Shown in pieces: positions 10,694 to 21,127 of a DNA stretch of 64,000 nucleotides. A program made the translations under genes and the position numbers. Numbering within the stretch: the first letter of the stretch is position 1; every line of letters starts with the position of its first letter. The notes beneath the pieces are model-generated. The model was not told where the DNA came from and made no database searches. It saw only the letters and a program-made list of their open reading frames with translations. The DNA is from Spirochaetota bacterium (GTDB lineage: Bacteria; Spirochaetota; JAAYUW01; JAOAHJ01), in the NCBI GenBank assembly GCA_026415295.1, contig JAOAHJ010000028.1, forward strand, positions 2,964 through 66,963. The letters are read 5' to 3'.

Positions 10694-12095
10694 AAATAAT
10701 AATTTTTTAAGGATAAAAAATATGATAATTTTTAATAATGAAAGAGAAGCAGAAGTAATAAAAGATATAGATAAAAATTTTTTAGAAGACCTTATTAATA
10801 TTAATCAAGTAAATAGTTTATCAAACAAAATTAAAAGTATTATTAAAAATACAAAAGAAGTTAAACAGTTCATGTTTAACATTTCTAAAGAAACATCTTA
10901 TTATTTTGGAATAAACAATAATAATATTGGAAATGTATATAGTCCAATAAGTATAAGTGAAGATTTTTCTGGATCATTGACAATTATCTGGAAAGATAAT
11001 AAGATATCTCTTGTTGATCTTGATTATGAAAAAATAGTAAATTTTGAAAACTATCTTAATTTCTTTAGAGATATCTCTTATGAAGAAAAATTTGTACCAG
11101 AAATATTAAAAGATCAGAATTTTAGAGATTATAAATCATTCGACAATCTTTTGATAGAAAATATTAAAAATAATAATTTTGAATTGTTTGAAAAAGTATT
11201 TGAAGTGTTTAATTTTTTTAAAGAAAATGGAGTTAAATTTTCTAATGTAGATTTAAGTTATTCTATTTACTATGAAACTTTTTGTAACTCAGAGGATCTA
11301 TATTTTGGAAAAATTTACTCGGAAAATGGTTTATCATATGATTTTGATTCACTTCTTTATTATTCAAACGCAAAGCATAAAAAACTTGAAAAAAGTGATC
11401 TTGATGAATTTATTAATTTTTTTTCCTTGTTTTATAATAAACTAGTTCCTATTGAATACAAAAAAATAAATACAAATAATGTAATATTTTTATCTCCTGT
11501 ATTTTATAGTCTTCTAAATTTTTATTTTGGATATAATTTGGATGGAAAAAATATTTATTATAATAAATCTTTTTTTAATATGAAAGATTTTGAAAATAAT
11601 AAAGAAATATCAAATAAGAAATTTGATCTTTATTTTGATCCATTTTTAGATTATGAACTTTCAAGTTATGCTATCTCAACTGAAGGATTAACTCCACAAA
11701 AAACAACTTTTATAAAGGATGGAAAACTTACTCAACCATCTATAACTTTGAAAAGTTCAAAAATGCTAAATATGCCTCCAAATAATGGTTTTGGAAATGG
11801 TAAATTAATATTAGAACCTTTTGATAATAATTTGGTAGAATTTATTAATGAAATTGATGACTGTTATATTATATTTGATATATTAGGATTACATACACAA
11901 GAACCAATATCTGGAAACTTTTCACTTTCTGTTTCTACCGGCCTTCTAAAAGAAAAAGGCAATTTTGTTGGATTAATTAAAGGAAATATAAACGGGAATA
12001 TTTTTGATATTTTTAGAAGTGGAAATTTTAAAATATTAAAAAACAACTACAATAATAAATACTCTTTTTATACTAAATTAAACATTTTAAATTAA
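10680..12095 (+). CDS. pmbA: PmbA/TldE family protein (TldD partner)
   Basis: 14-nt overlap with tldD; PmbA/TldD fold-like C-terminal region (GNFSLS...GLIKGNINGNIFDI); no HExxxH, as expected for TldE. Confidence 0.5.
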   Translation: MEENKNNNFLRIKNMIIFNNEREAEVIKDIDKNFLEDLININQVNSLSNKIKSIIKNTKEVKQFMFNISKETSYYFGINNNNIGNVYSPISISEDFSGSLTIIWKDNKISLVDLDYEKIVNFENYLNFFRDISYEEKFVPEILKDQNFRDYKSFDNLLIENIKNNNFELFEKVFEVFNFFKENGVKFSNVDLSYSIYYETFCNSEDLYFGKIYSENGLSYDFDSLLYYSNAKHKKLEKSDLDEFINFFSLFYNKLVPIEYKKINTNNVIFLSPVFYSLLNFYFGYNLDGKNIYYNKSFFNMKDFENNKEISNKKFDLYFDPFLDYELSSYAISTEGLTPQKTTFIKDGKLTQPSITLKSSKMLNMPPNNGFGNGKLILEPFDNNLVEFINEIDDCYIIFDILGLHTQEPISGNFSLSVSTGLLKEKGNFVGLIKGNINGNIFDIFRSGNFKILKNNYNNKYSFYTKLNILN

Positions 12096-12217
12096 GAATT
12101 TTGATCATTTTATTATTAATATACTCTTTATATTATTTCTAATTTTTAAATTTATTTTACTTTGCCCCATTGAAAACTTCTATTTTAAATATTTAAATAT
12201 TCTAATTTAGTTATGTT

Positions 12218-13750
12218 TTACTTACTCTCAAGTATATCTATCATCTTAGAATTTATTTTATTTAAAATACTATTAAATTTAGTTAAATTATCAAGAGTAT
12301 TCATAAAATTCTTTCCTAAATAACCATCTTTATAACTAAAAACAAAGCTTTTATCAATTAAATCTTTTGCTTTAATTGCTGTTTTAACAGATACATATCC
12401 TCTCGAAGCACAAGAAGTTTTAGCACCATCACAGAAAACACCTCCAAAGGTTGATATATAATTTAAAAAAGCTTTCTCAAATAGTTCTAATCTATCATCA
12501 TAATATAAAATAGCTCCTAAAAATCCAGCACCAGCTCCATAAATAACACCACATATTGAAGATATGAAACCAAATTTGTAAGTAATTATACTTGTTATTA
12601 AACATGACAAAATTAAGGATTTTATAAGTTTAACATCTTGTAAAACTATTTTCTTAATTATAGAATAATAATAATCTCTTTTTTCTTCACAATAATTTAT
12701 TAACACCTCATCTATAAGCGATTTATGATTTCTTGTTAAATAATAATTAAGCACTGAGGCTAAAGCAGTTATACCTTTATTTCCAGATTTAGCACATGCA
12801 AGAACTTTTAACCTTTTACCAATCATTCTATTATATATTGCTGAAGAAACAAAATTATCATCAATACAAGTTAATTCATTTTTCTCATAAGATGTTAAAA
12901 CATTACAGACTGCTCCTTCTACTATTTTTTCTTTAATTTCTTTATCATTATATAACTCATCAATTATATGGTACCATGTTTCAATATAATATATTTCTTT
13001 ATTCAATAAATATCTCTTTTCAATTCTATTTTCTTTTCCGTCAAAAAATAAATTAATCAATTTTATAAAAGTAGATTTGGATGTAATTTTATTTATAAAG
13101 TTAGATATGTTATTTACATCATTTAAATTTTTAATAATAAATTTTTTATCAATATTACTAATTCTATTTATTAAATCTCGTAGATTAATTTGTAATATTT
13201 CTATTTTATCATGAAATTCCTCTGTTTTAATAATAAAAATCTTATCCTTAATTAAAATAAGTGTTAATAATAGGAGTCTATTAAATTCTACAGTTTTGAT
13301 TTTTAATTTTTTTGATAAATGAATAAGGAAACTTAGTTTTTTATAACTAATATTTGAGATTTTATCATTTGAAATATAATTATTATTATTATTTAAAATT
13401 TGTTTAATAAGTAAAAGTTCCTGTTCTTTGATACTATTAAAAATCTCTAATTTATCTTTAGAATTCCCAAATAAAAATCCTGAAAAGTAAGACTCTTTTA
13501 TTCCTTTTATATTACAAAGAGGAATCCCTACATTGTAAGCATTTTTATATGTCATTTTGTCAATAATAAAAAATATTAAAGAATTTTGTAATATATTTTC
13601 ATTATCAAAATCATTATATTTTTCATATAAATAATCAATTAAAATCTCCTTTGATTTAGCCCCATTTAGGGCTATTGCTGCAGGTTCTGTACAACCATAA
13701 GTAAAATCAAGCATACTTAATAAAAATTCTCTTATTCTAAATAAATTCAT
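12218..13750 (-). CDS. UPF0597/YhaM-CdsB family protein (L-cysteine desulfidase / serine dehydratase-like) with ~150-aa low-complexity insertion
   Basis: N-terminal GCTEPAAIAL, central SGNKGITA, C-terminal CDGAKTSCA all match the E. coli YhaM family signature. Confidence 0.55.
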   Translation of the reverse strand: MNLFRIREFLLSMLDFTYGCTEPAAIALNGAKSKEILIDYLYEKYNDFDNENILQNSLIFFIIDKMTYKNAYNVGIPLCNIKGIKESYFSGFLFGNSKDKLEIFNSIKEQELLLIKQILNNNNNYISNDKISNISYKKLSFLIHLSKKLKIKTVEFNRLLLLTLILIKDKIFIIKTEEFHDKIEILQINLRDLINRISNIDKKFIIKNLNDVNNISNFINKITSKSTFIKLINLFFDGKENRIEKRYLLNKEIYYIETWYHIIDELYNDKEIKEKIVEGAVCNVLTSYEKNELTCIDDNFVSSAIYNRMIGKRLKVLACAKSGNKGITALASVLNYYLTRNHKSLIDEVLINYCEEKRDYYYSIIKKIVLQDVKLIKSLILSCLITSIITYKFGFISSICGVIYGAGAGFLGAILYYDDRLELFEKAFLNYISTFGGVFCDGAKTSCASRGYVSVKTAIKAKDLIDKSFVFSYKDGYLGKNFMNTLDNLTKFNSILNKINSKMIDILESK

Positions 13751-14126
13751 AAAGTTTTATCCTTAAAGGGTATATAATTTTTTTTATTATATCAAATTAA
13801 ATCAAATTTTTTTACTAGTTATCATAAATTTATTTTATTTTCAAATAAATTTTTTTAAAAAATAACTCGAAATAATAACTAAAGTTAACTATCTAAACAT
13901 TTTTAAATTTTTCAAGAAAATATTTTTATAAGTAAAATAATAAAATAGACAAAAAAATAAACTAAATAAATTAACACATTATTAAATTAAAAAAAACTAA
14001 AAAATTATGTAAAAAAATTTTTTAAAAAATATTTAAAGAAGTTGATTTATAAAATAAATTCATTATAATATATTATACAATAATATTTACAGTATAAACA
14101 AATTATTTTTATTAAAAGAGGTTAAA

Positions 14127-16562
14127 ATGAATAAAAAAATATCAAATTTTATATATATTTTATTAACAATTATCACAATTATTTTTTTATTCATTTTTTC
14201 CTCTTGTAGTAATCCTGTTTCAAATACACAAACATCCTCTGCAGGTTCGAACTCAAACAATAATAGTGGTAATAACAGTGGAAATGGAAACAATGGGGGA
14301 GCTACACCATTAAAGGTTGAAAAACCTGTTTTTTCTTTAGAAGGTGGAAGTTTTGATGAATATATAACATTAGAAATCACTTGTAGTACTAATGGTTCAC
14401 AGATATGGTATACTTTAGATGGATCTAACCCAGAACCTCAAAGTTCAAACTTATATACAACTCCAATTTTTATTGATAAAACAACAACTATAAAAGCAAT
14501 TGCAACTAAAGAAAATTATCAGAATTCTGATATAGTTGAAGCTATTTACACTATAAATAAAGTTCCCCTTCCAAAATTTGATGTTAATAGCGGAGTTTAT
14601 AATAATGATATAAAAGTTAGAATCTTTTGCGATTTAAATGATGTTGAAATTTTTTATACATTGGACGGAACTGATCCAGAACCATATGTATCTGATAAAT
14701 ACAATGGAGAACAGATTTTGGTTAACACTTCATTAAAAATTAAAGCAATAGCCATTAAAGATGGTTATATAAATTCTAATATTTCTGAAGTTTCATATGA
14801 TTTAAAAGTTTCAAATCCAGAAGTTAGCTTACAACCTGGTATTTATTATGAAGATAAAACTCTTACAATATCATGTCAAACAAGTAAAGCAAATATATGG
14901 TATACAACAGATGGAACAGACCCAAAGACTTCACCATCTCGAATATTATATAACAATTCTCAGATTAACATAAATAGTTGTATGAACTTTAGAATTTATG
15001 CTGAAAAAACAGGATATATTGATTCTAACGAATTAAATGTTTCTTATACATTACAATGTTTGCCTCCTTATATTGACTTAGAAAGTGGTACTTATTTTAA
15101 TAATCAAACTATAACACTTAATTGCCCAACTCCAGGTGTAATTCTATACTACACTCTAGATGGAAGTAACCCAATACCTGGATCATCTCCTCAATATAAT
15201 TCACCAATAAACATTCCAGGTAGTACACCTTCAAGTAACGGTAATTATAAATTAAGAGTATTAGCAGTAAAAGCAGGGTATGAAAATTCTATTGTTTCTT
15301 CTGCCAATTATTTATTAAAAGTTGCAAAACCAACTTTTAACAAAAATCCTGGTAAATATTTTGAAGAAACTTCTGTCTCTATTTCTACAATAACTGTTGG
15401 AGCTTCTATTCTTTACTCTACAAATTTAAGTGATCCATATATTAATTATAATGCACCAATTAATTTATCGATCCCAACAAATCTTAAAGTAAAAGCTAAA
15501 AAAACCGGTTATGCTGATTCAGATCTAACTCAAGGTTTTTATAACATTTTATTTAATAAAATATATACAAATAATTCTAGCAATGATATTGAACATTTGT
15601 CTTTAGTTTCTGATTTTAGGAAATTTTTACATGTTTCTTATTATCGTGGAGGTTCTGCTAAAGATCTATATTATGTTAATAATAATCCTTCTTGGAAATC
15701 TGCAAGTCCTATTTTAACTACAGGAGATGTAGGAAATTATTCTTCTATAGCAATCGATTCATCCGATTATGTTCATATTGTATTTTATGATGCAACAAAT
15801 AAGAATTTAAATTATATCACAAATAGATCAGGTTCATGGATAAATTCGCAAATTGATACAAATGGAGATGTAGGACTTTATTGTGTTATTAAATATGATT
15901 ATTCAAATGATTATATTCATGTTGCTTATTATGATTCAACAAATGGTTATTTAAAATATGCTAAAAAGCATGTAGAAAATGAAGAATGGCAAATAGAAAC
16001 AGTAGATACTAATGGTGATTTTAATTCTTATATTTCTTTAGATCTCGATCAAAATGGTTTTCCTCATATATCTTATTATGATGCAATAACAGTTTCTCTT
16101 AAATATGCTTATTTTGATGGAACAGAATGGATTAAAGAAACAATTGATTCTACTGGAAATGTTGGCAAATACTCATCTATTGCTATAGATAACAATAATA
16201 AAGTATATATTACATATTATCAATACAAATCAAAATCAACTGGGGCCTTAAAACTTGCAACAAACAAAAATGGATCATGGCAAATTTCATATATTGAAAA
16301 TATTCAAGGATTTAATGATGGATTGTTTAATAAACTAGTCATTGATTCAAATAACAATTTACATATAATATATTGTAGATATTTTAATTCTACAAATTCT
16401 TATATATTAAAATATGCCATAATAAACAATGAAGGAAATATAGAGATATTTACAACATCAAATAATAATCTTAACTCTGCAATCAATTTTAGCAAATTAA
16501 ATAATAAAATTTATATTCTAGGAATAATTGGAAATATGCTCTATATTTATGAGCAAAATTAA
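14127..16562 (+). CDS. Large surface lipoprotein: 5 tandem chitobiase/hexosaminidase-C-like (FN3-like) repeats plus C-terminal YYD-repeat beta-propeller-like domain
   Basis: Signal peptide with lipobox (FSSC), S/N/G linker, five ~80-aa repeats with core IWYTLDGSNPxP...TIKAIAxKxGYxNS, then ~7 repeats of VGxYSSIAIDxxxxxHIxYYDxxNxxLKYA. Confidence 0.55.
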   Translation: MNKKISNFIYILLTIITIIFLFIFSSCSNPVSNTQTSSAGSNSNNNSGNNSGNGNNGGATPLKVEKPVFSLEGGSFDEYITLEITCSTNGSQIWYTLDGSNPEPQSSNLYTTPIFIDKTTTIKAIATKENYQNSDIVEAIYTINKVPLPKFDVNSGVYNNDIKVRIFCDLNDVEIFYTLDGTDPEPYVSDKYNGEQILVNTSLKIKAIAIKDGYINSNISEVSYDLKVSNPEVSLQPGIYYEDKTLTISCQTSKANIWYTTDGTDPKTSPSRILYNNSQININSCMNFRIYAEKTGYIDSNELNVSYTLQCLPPYIDLESGTYFNNQTITLNCPTPGVILYYTLDGSNPIPGSSPQYNSPINIPGSTPSSNGNYKLRVLAVKAGYENSIVSSANYLLKVAKPTFNKNPGKYFEETSVSISTITVGASILYSTNLSDPYINYNAPINLSIPTNLKVKAKKTGYADSDLTQGFYNILFNKIYTNNSSNDIEHLSLVSDFRKFLHVSYYRGGSAKDLYYVNNNPSWKSASPILTTGDVGNYSSIAIDSSDYVHIVFYDATNKNLNYITNRSGSWINSQIDTNGDVGLYCVIKYDYSNDYIHVAYYDSTNGYLKYAKKHVENEEWQIETVDTNGDFNSYISLDLDQNGFPHISYYDAITVSLKYAYFDGTEWIKETIDSTGNVGKYSSIAIDNNNKVYITYYQYKSKSTGALKLATNKNGSWQISYIENIQGFNDGLFNKLVIDSNNNLHIIYCRYFNSTNSYILKYAIINNEGNIEIFTTSNNNLNSAINFSKLNNKIYILGIIGNMLYIYEQN

Positions 16563-16848
16563 ATATATAAAATTTAATCCATTTGATATTTTAATAAATT
16601 TATCTTACTTTATTATTTATTATTACTTTTATTTTATATCAACAATTATAATTATATTAGCATTTTATTATATTTGCTAAATATTTATTAATATTAACAT
16701 CACTGATATTTTTTAAAGTTTTAATAGATTTATCTCTAATGCTTTTTAAAATTAAATAGTTAAACTCAATAAATTAAAAAATAAAAATCAACCAATATTT
16801 AGATTAAAAAAATTTTTTAATTAAATTTTAAATCTTGATATACTGTTT

Positions 16849-16877
16849 TTGACAAATATCACTATTTTAGTTATATT
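16849..16877 (+). promoter_or_regulatory. Candidate sigma70 promoter TTGACA-N17-TATATT upstream of P-type ATPase gene
   Basis: Near-consensus hexamers with 17-nt spacer, ~25 nt upstream of the AAAGGA RBS and ATG at 16901. Confidence 0.4.
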
Positions 16878-16900
16878 TTAAAAAGAAAGGATGTATAATT

Positions 16901-19495
16901 ATGGAAGACCAAATAAGAAATAATCTTTTTGAATCAAAATATATTGTAAAAGGGATAACATGTTCATCATGCATTAATATCATTACCAAAGTTCTAAAAA
17001 ACAATATAGATGGTATTAATGAAGTTGATATAAATCCACTTTCAAATGAATTAAGAATAAAGTCAAACAAAACTATAAATTTTATTACAATAAAAAACCT
17101 ACTAAATAATTTAGGATATGATCTTTACGAAAATAATAGCTCAATTCTTTCTGATGGTAATTCATTTGATAAAAATAATCTAGCTCAATATAATAAAAAA
17201 AATGAAGTAAAAAATATAAAATCATTTTTAAATGAAAAAAATAATCTTTTAATCTCTATTATTTTTTCAATTCCTCTATTTATTAAAATGTTCTTTATGA
17301 GCAACCATTTTAATTTAAATTTAATAAATCATTATATAGGTGTTCATAAAATTCTATTTCTCAATTTTGATATTTTTATTGATATTATCTTTTCATTTAT
17401 AGTTATTTTTATTTCAGGTTATACAACATTAAGAAAAGCTTTTTTTTCTTTTAAAAATTTTATTTTTACAATGGACACATTAATAGCTATAAGTGCTATC
17501 TCATCTTTCTTAACAGTTCTTATAAGTCCCTTTGTGAGAATAAGTAATTTCTCAATGATTGGTGCTATGATTATTCTAATTAATAATATAGGAAATTTTA
17601 TAAAAAATAGATCAATAAAAAAAACTAATAGATTACTTGAAGAAATTTCAAAACTCTCTGTAAAAGAAGCTCATTTATTATTAGAAGAAAAAAATCATGA
17701 GTTAATTAAAGATCAATCTATTAATAAGTTAAATATTTATAACAATAGTCTTTTAAATAATATAAACTATAATACAATTGATGTTCCACTAGAAAGACTA
17801 AGACCTGGTGATATTGTACTTGTAAAACCAGGTGAAAAAATACCCTCTGATGGTACAATTATTTATGGAGAATCTTTAATTGATCTATCAATAATTTCAG
17901 GTGAATCTGAACCTGTACTCAAAAAAGAAGGAGATTTTATTGTTGGAGGCGCTATAAATAAGTCTAGTTATTTAAAAATTAAAATTAATAAAATTGGAGA
18001 GGAAACCTATATAGAGAACATTAAAAAGTTAATAGAGAATGCCCAACTTAAAAAAGTCAAAATACAACTTTTTGCTGATAAGATTACAAGCTTCTTTGTT
18101 CCTATAATTTTTATACTTTCTATTTTTTCTTTTTTTATTAATTATTTCTTTTACGATAAATTAGCAACAATTTTTTTAAACTTATCTTCAAAAATTAATT
18201 TATTAAAATTTTTAGAAAATACTTTTTTAGTTGAAATTTTTTTAAAATATCCAAAAATAGGTTTTTTCGAAAAATTTTCATTGGGCCTTTATTCTCTAAT
18301 CTCTACTTTAGTTATAGCTTGTCCATGTGCTTTGGGCCTTGCTACTCCAACAGCTATTATGACTGGCTTAGGAGTTGCATATAAAAACAAAATATTAATA
18401 AAGAATGGTGACTTTTTTGAAAAAATAAATAAAATTGATACTATAATATTTGATAAAACTGGAACTATAATATCTGAAATTCCTTCCATAGAAAAGCATA
18501 TATTTTTGAAAAACAAGAAAATAGATAGATCAAAATTATTTTATAGAGAAGAAAAAATAGTTAATAATTTACTTTTAAATGAGGACTTTGTATTAAAAAT
18601 CTCAAAAGAAATTGAAAATTTATCAAATCATCCTATTTCTAAATCAATTACAAGTTATATTAATAATCTTTTTAAAATAAAAAATATAAATAAAAAATTT
18701 TTAAAATTTAAAATAAAAATAGATAAATTTGAATATTTTACTGGAAAAGGAATTAAATCATACATTAGCATTATTAAAGAAGATGATAAAACAAAAGAAA
18801 ATAAAATTATTGCTGAAAATATATTAATTTTATCCGGAAATTATAATTTTATTAAAGAAAATGGAATTATAATAAATTTTGAAAAGGAAAGTTTTAACAA
18901 AAACTCTAATTTTTTTACTATTGATGGTAATATTTTTTTAATATATTTAATAAATGAAAATATAAATGAGCATAACTTAAAATCTGTTAAAATTATAAAT
19001 AAAAAAAATTATGATATATATTTACTTTCTGGTGATAAAAAAGAAAGAACGGAAGAATTAGCAAATAAATTAAAAATAAATAATTATTTTTATGAACTAC
19101 TGCCTGAAGATAAACTTAAAATAATCAATGAACTACAAAAAAAGGGTAAAAAAATTATGATGGTAGGAGATGGAATAAATGATGCTCCTGCATTAAAAGC
19201 TTCAGATATTGGTGTAGCTATAGGTACTGGAACAGATCTTGCTCTTGAAAGTGGAGATATAATATTACTTTCAGGAAAAATTTTTGATTTGTACAAAGCA
19301 ATAATAATAGGAAGAAAAACATTTAATAAAATAAAAATAAATTTATTCTGGGCTTTCTTTTATAATATTATTATGATTCCTTTAGCAATTCTTGGAATTT
19401 TAAATCCAATTTTAGCAGAAATTGCAATGGCATTAAGTTCTATATCTGTGGTAATTAATTCATTATTACTAAAAAGAATAAAAGTTGAATTTTAA
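16901..19495 (+). CDS. copA: Heavy-metal (Cu+-type, P1B) translocating P-type ATPase
   Basis: N-terminal HMA domain (GITCSSC), TM CPC motif (ACPCALGLATP), DKTGT phosphorylation site, GDGINDAP hinge; several long N/K-rich insertions. Confidence 0.75.
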   Translation: MEDQIRNNLFESKYIVKGITCSSCINIITKVLKNNIDGINEVDINPLSNELRIKSNKTINFITIKNLLNNLGYDLYENNSSILSDGNSFDKNNLAQYNKKNEVKNIKSFLNEKNNLLISIIFSIPLFIKMFFMSNHFNLNLINHYIGVHKILFLNFDIFIDIIFSFIVIFISGYTTLRKAFFSFKNFIFTMDTLIAISAISSFLTVLISPFVRISNFSMIGAMIILINNIGNFIKNRSIKKTNRLLEEISKLSVKEAHLLLEEKNHELIKDQSINKLNIYNNSLLNNINYNTIDVPLERLRPGDIVLVKPGEKIPSDGTIIYGESLIDLSIISGESEPVLKKEGDFIVGGAINKSSYLKIKINKIGEETYIENIKKLIENAQLKKVKIQLFADKITSFFVPIIFILSIFSFFINYFFYDKLATIFLNLSSKINLLKFLENTFLVEIFLKYPKIGFFEKFSLGLYSLISTLVIACPCALGLATPTAIMTGLGVAYKNKILIKNGDFFEKINKIDTIIFDKTGTIISEIPSIEKHIFLKNKKIDRSKLFYREEKIVNNLLLNEDFVLKISKEIENLSNHPISKSITSYINNLFKIKNINKKFLKFKIKIDKFEYFTGKGIKSYISIIKEDDKTKENKIIAENILILSGNYNFIKENGIIINFEKESFNKNSNFFTIDGNIFLIYLINENINEHNLKSVKIINKKNYDIYLLSGDKKERTEELANKLKINNYFYELLPEDKLKIINELQKKGKKIMMVGDGINDAPALKASDIGVAIGTGTDLALESGDIILLSGKIFDLYKAIIIGRKTFNKIKINLFWAFFYNIIMIPLAILGILNPILAEIAMALSSISVVINSLLLKRIKVEF

Positions 19496-19737
19496 ATTAT
19501 TTAATTAAAAAATTTTTAAAAAAATAATATCCAATCTGTAATTTTAATAAAATTATTTTCTTTACAATATCAATCTATATTATTGATTAATTTATTATTC
19601 AAACAATGTTTATAATATTTATAAATAATTAATAATATAATATTCAATTAAATAAGTTGAAATTTATAATATATATATTATATATTTAAATGTTATATAT
19701 TTTAATAATAACTAATTACAATTAAGAGGTAAAATTT

Positions 19738-20385
19738 ATGAGAAAAAATAAACTAATTAAAAAGTTTTCTAATCTTTTTTTAATTTTATTAATAATTTTA
19801 ATTTTTTTCTCGTTAAATTGCTTTGCAAAATTCAATATTGGATTTACTTCAAATTTTATCATTCCACCTCCATTTACAAATATAAGTCCTTCTTTTATTA
19901 ATTCTTTACTTGTTGATGGTGGCTTTAAATTATGTTATATAATGAATGATTTTTATATTTTAGGTTTTTATTTAGATTTATCAACAGGAATTATTTCAAT
20001 TCTTAAAACATTTGAAACAATAGGTTGGATTGTTTTTTTTCCAATTTCAATTGGTCTAAAAATTCCATTTCCCGAGATACCTCCAACTATAGGTATTATT
20101 AATCTTGGCATTGTAACTGGTATAAATATTGTAAACAAACCTAACTTCAAACTTGATTTTATATCCAAATTTGGCTTTGGATCTATTGAAATTCAAGCAG
20201 AAAAAAATATTCAGGCATCTTTCTACTCAATTAAACCTGAATTAAATTTAAAATATCCTTTAGCAAAATTTTTTGGATTCGGTTTATCAAATTCAAATGC
20301 TTTTCTTTTTTTAAAAGAACCAGTAAACAATAAAAAAATTATTTATTATTCATCTTTAGGTTTATATATTTATTTTGAATTTTAA
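19738..20385 (+). CDS. Small secreted protein, possible outer-membrane beta-barrel
   Basis: Signal peptide; Gly/aromatic-rich alternating pattern; C-terminus ...LGLYIYFEF ends in Phe (OMP beta-signal-like). Confidence 0.3.
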   Translation: MRKNKLIKKFSNLFLILLIILIFFSLNCFAKFNIGFTSNFIIPPPFTNISPSFINSLLVDGGFKLCYIMNDFYILGFYLDLSTGIISILKTFETIGWIVFFPISIGLKIPFPEIPPTIGIINLGIVTGINIVNKPNFKLDFISKFGFGSIEIQAEKNIQASFYSIKPELNLKYPLAKFFGFGLSNSNAFLFLKEPVNNKKIIYYSSLGLYIYFEF

Positions 20386-20679
20386 ATATTTATTTTATTT
20401 TACAATTTCTATTTTCAATATTAATTTTTTAGTTATTTATTATTAGTTTAACTTTAAAATTATATTTTTATTTTATAATTTCTTATATTTTAATTTTTTA
20501 TTTGGTTTAGTTTTATACTTTTTTCAATACACTGCTTTTATTATTTCAATTTTATAAATATAATATTATTTTATATTTTATTTTTTCTAATCTATATATA
20601 GAGTTTAAATAAATTTTTTCTTGACAATTTTTTTATTTTTTATATTTATTTTTATAGAAAGAGGGATAGAAAGGATTAT

Positions 20680-20752
20680 GGGCGATTAGCTCAGCTGGGA
20701 GAGCATCTGCCTTACAAGCAGAGGGTCGTAGGTTCAAGCCCTGCATCGCCCA
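20680..20752 (+). tRNA. tRNA-Val (anticodon TAC)
   Basis: Cloverleaf folded by hand: acceptor GGGCGAT/ATCGCCC, D-stem GCTC/GAGC, anticodon stem TCTGC/GCAGA with loop CTTACAA, T-loop TTCAAGC; CCA not encoded. Confidence 0.85.
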
Positions 20753-20756
20753 ATCT

Positions 20757-20832
20757 GCGGGAATAGCTCAGTTGGTAGAGCGCGACCTTGCCAAGGTCGA
20801 TGTCGCGGGTTCGAGCCCCGTTTCCCGCTCCA
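20757..20832 (+). tRNA. tRNA-Gly (anticodon GCC)
   Basis: Acceptor GCGGGAA/TTCCCGC, anticodon stem CGACC/GGTCG with loop TTGCCAA, T-loop TTCGAGC, discriminator U, CCA encoded. 4 nt after tRNA-Val. Confidence 0.85.
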
Positions 20833-20929
20833 TAAATCCCTCTTTTTTATTTTTAAAATATATTTAACTTTAATAAAAATGTTTAATATTTTTATAAACT
20901 TAATAATTATAAAATCTTTTTTAAAAAAA

Positions 20930-20963
20930 ATATAGCTACCTTAATTAAAAAAGGTAGCTATAT
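20930..20963. terminator. Perfect 13-bp inverted repeat ATATAGCTACCTT-(8 nt)-AAGGTAGCTATAT, likely bidirectional terminator between tRNA pair (+) and rubrerythrin (-)
   Basis: Seen directly; flanked by A-run upstream and T-rich sequence downstream. Confidence 0.45.
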
Positions 20964-21127
20964 ATTTAATCCAAATAAAATAAAGCTATATAATATTTAT
21001 ATATATTAACATTATTATATATTTCATATAATTAAAAATTAAGCTGTTTTAAAAACTTCTCTGTATTAGATTATTAATAATTATTTTTCTTATACTTCAT
21101 TAATATCTAATATTTACTCTAAAAATT

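Noticed and set aside
20386-20679. Possible promoter for the tRNA pair (TTGACA at 20621..20626)
   Set aside because: I could not find a -10 hexamer at 16-18 nt spacing, and TSS geometry relative to tRNA-Val 5' end is poor. It was left out of the features.
20680-20832. tRNA pair as an integration hotspot or mobile-element boundary
   Set aside because: There is no integrase, direct repeat of the tRNA 3' end, or compositional shift downstream. The next genes (rbr etc.) have the same codon and AT bias as the rest.
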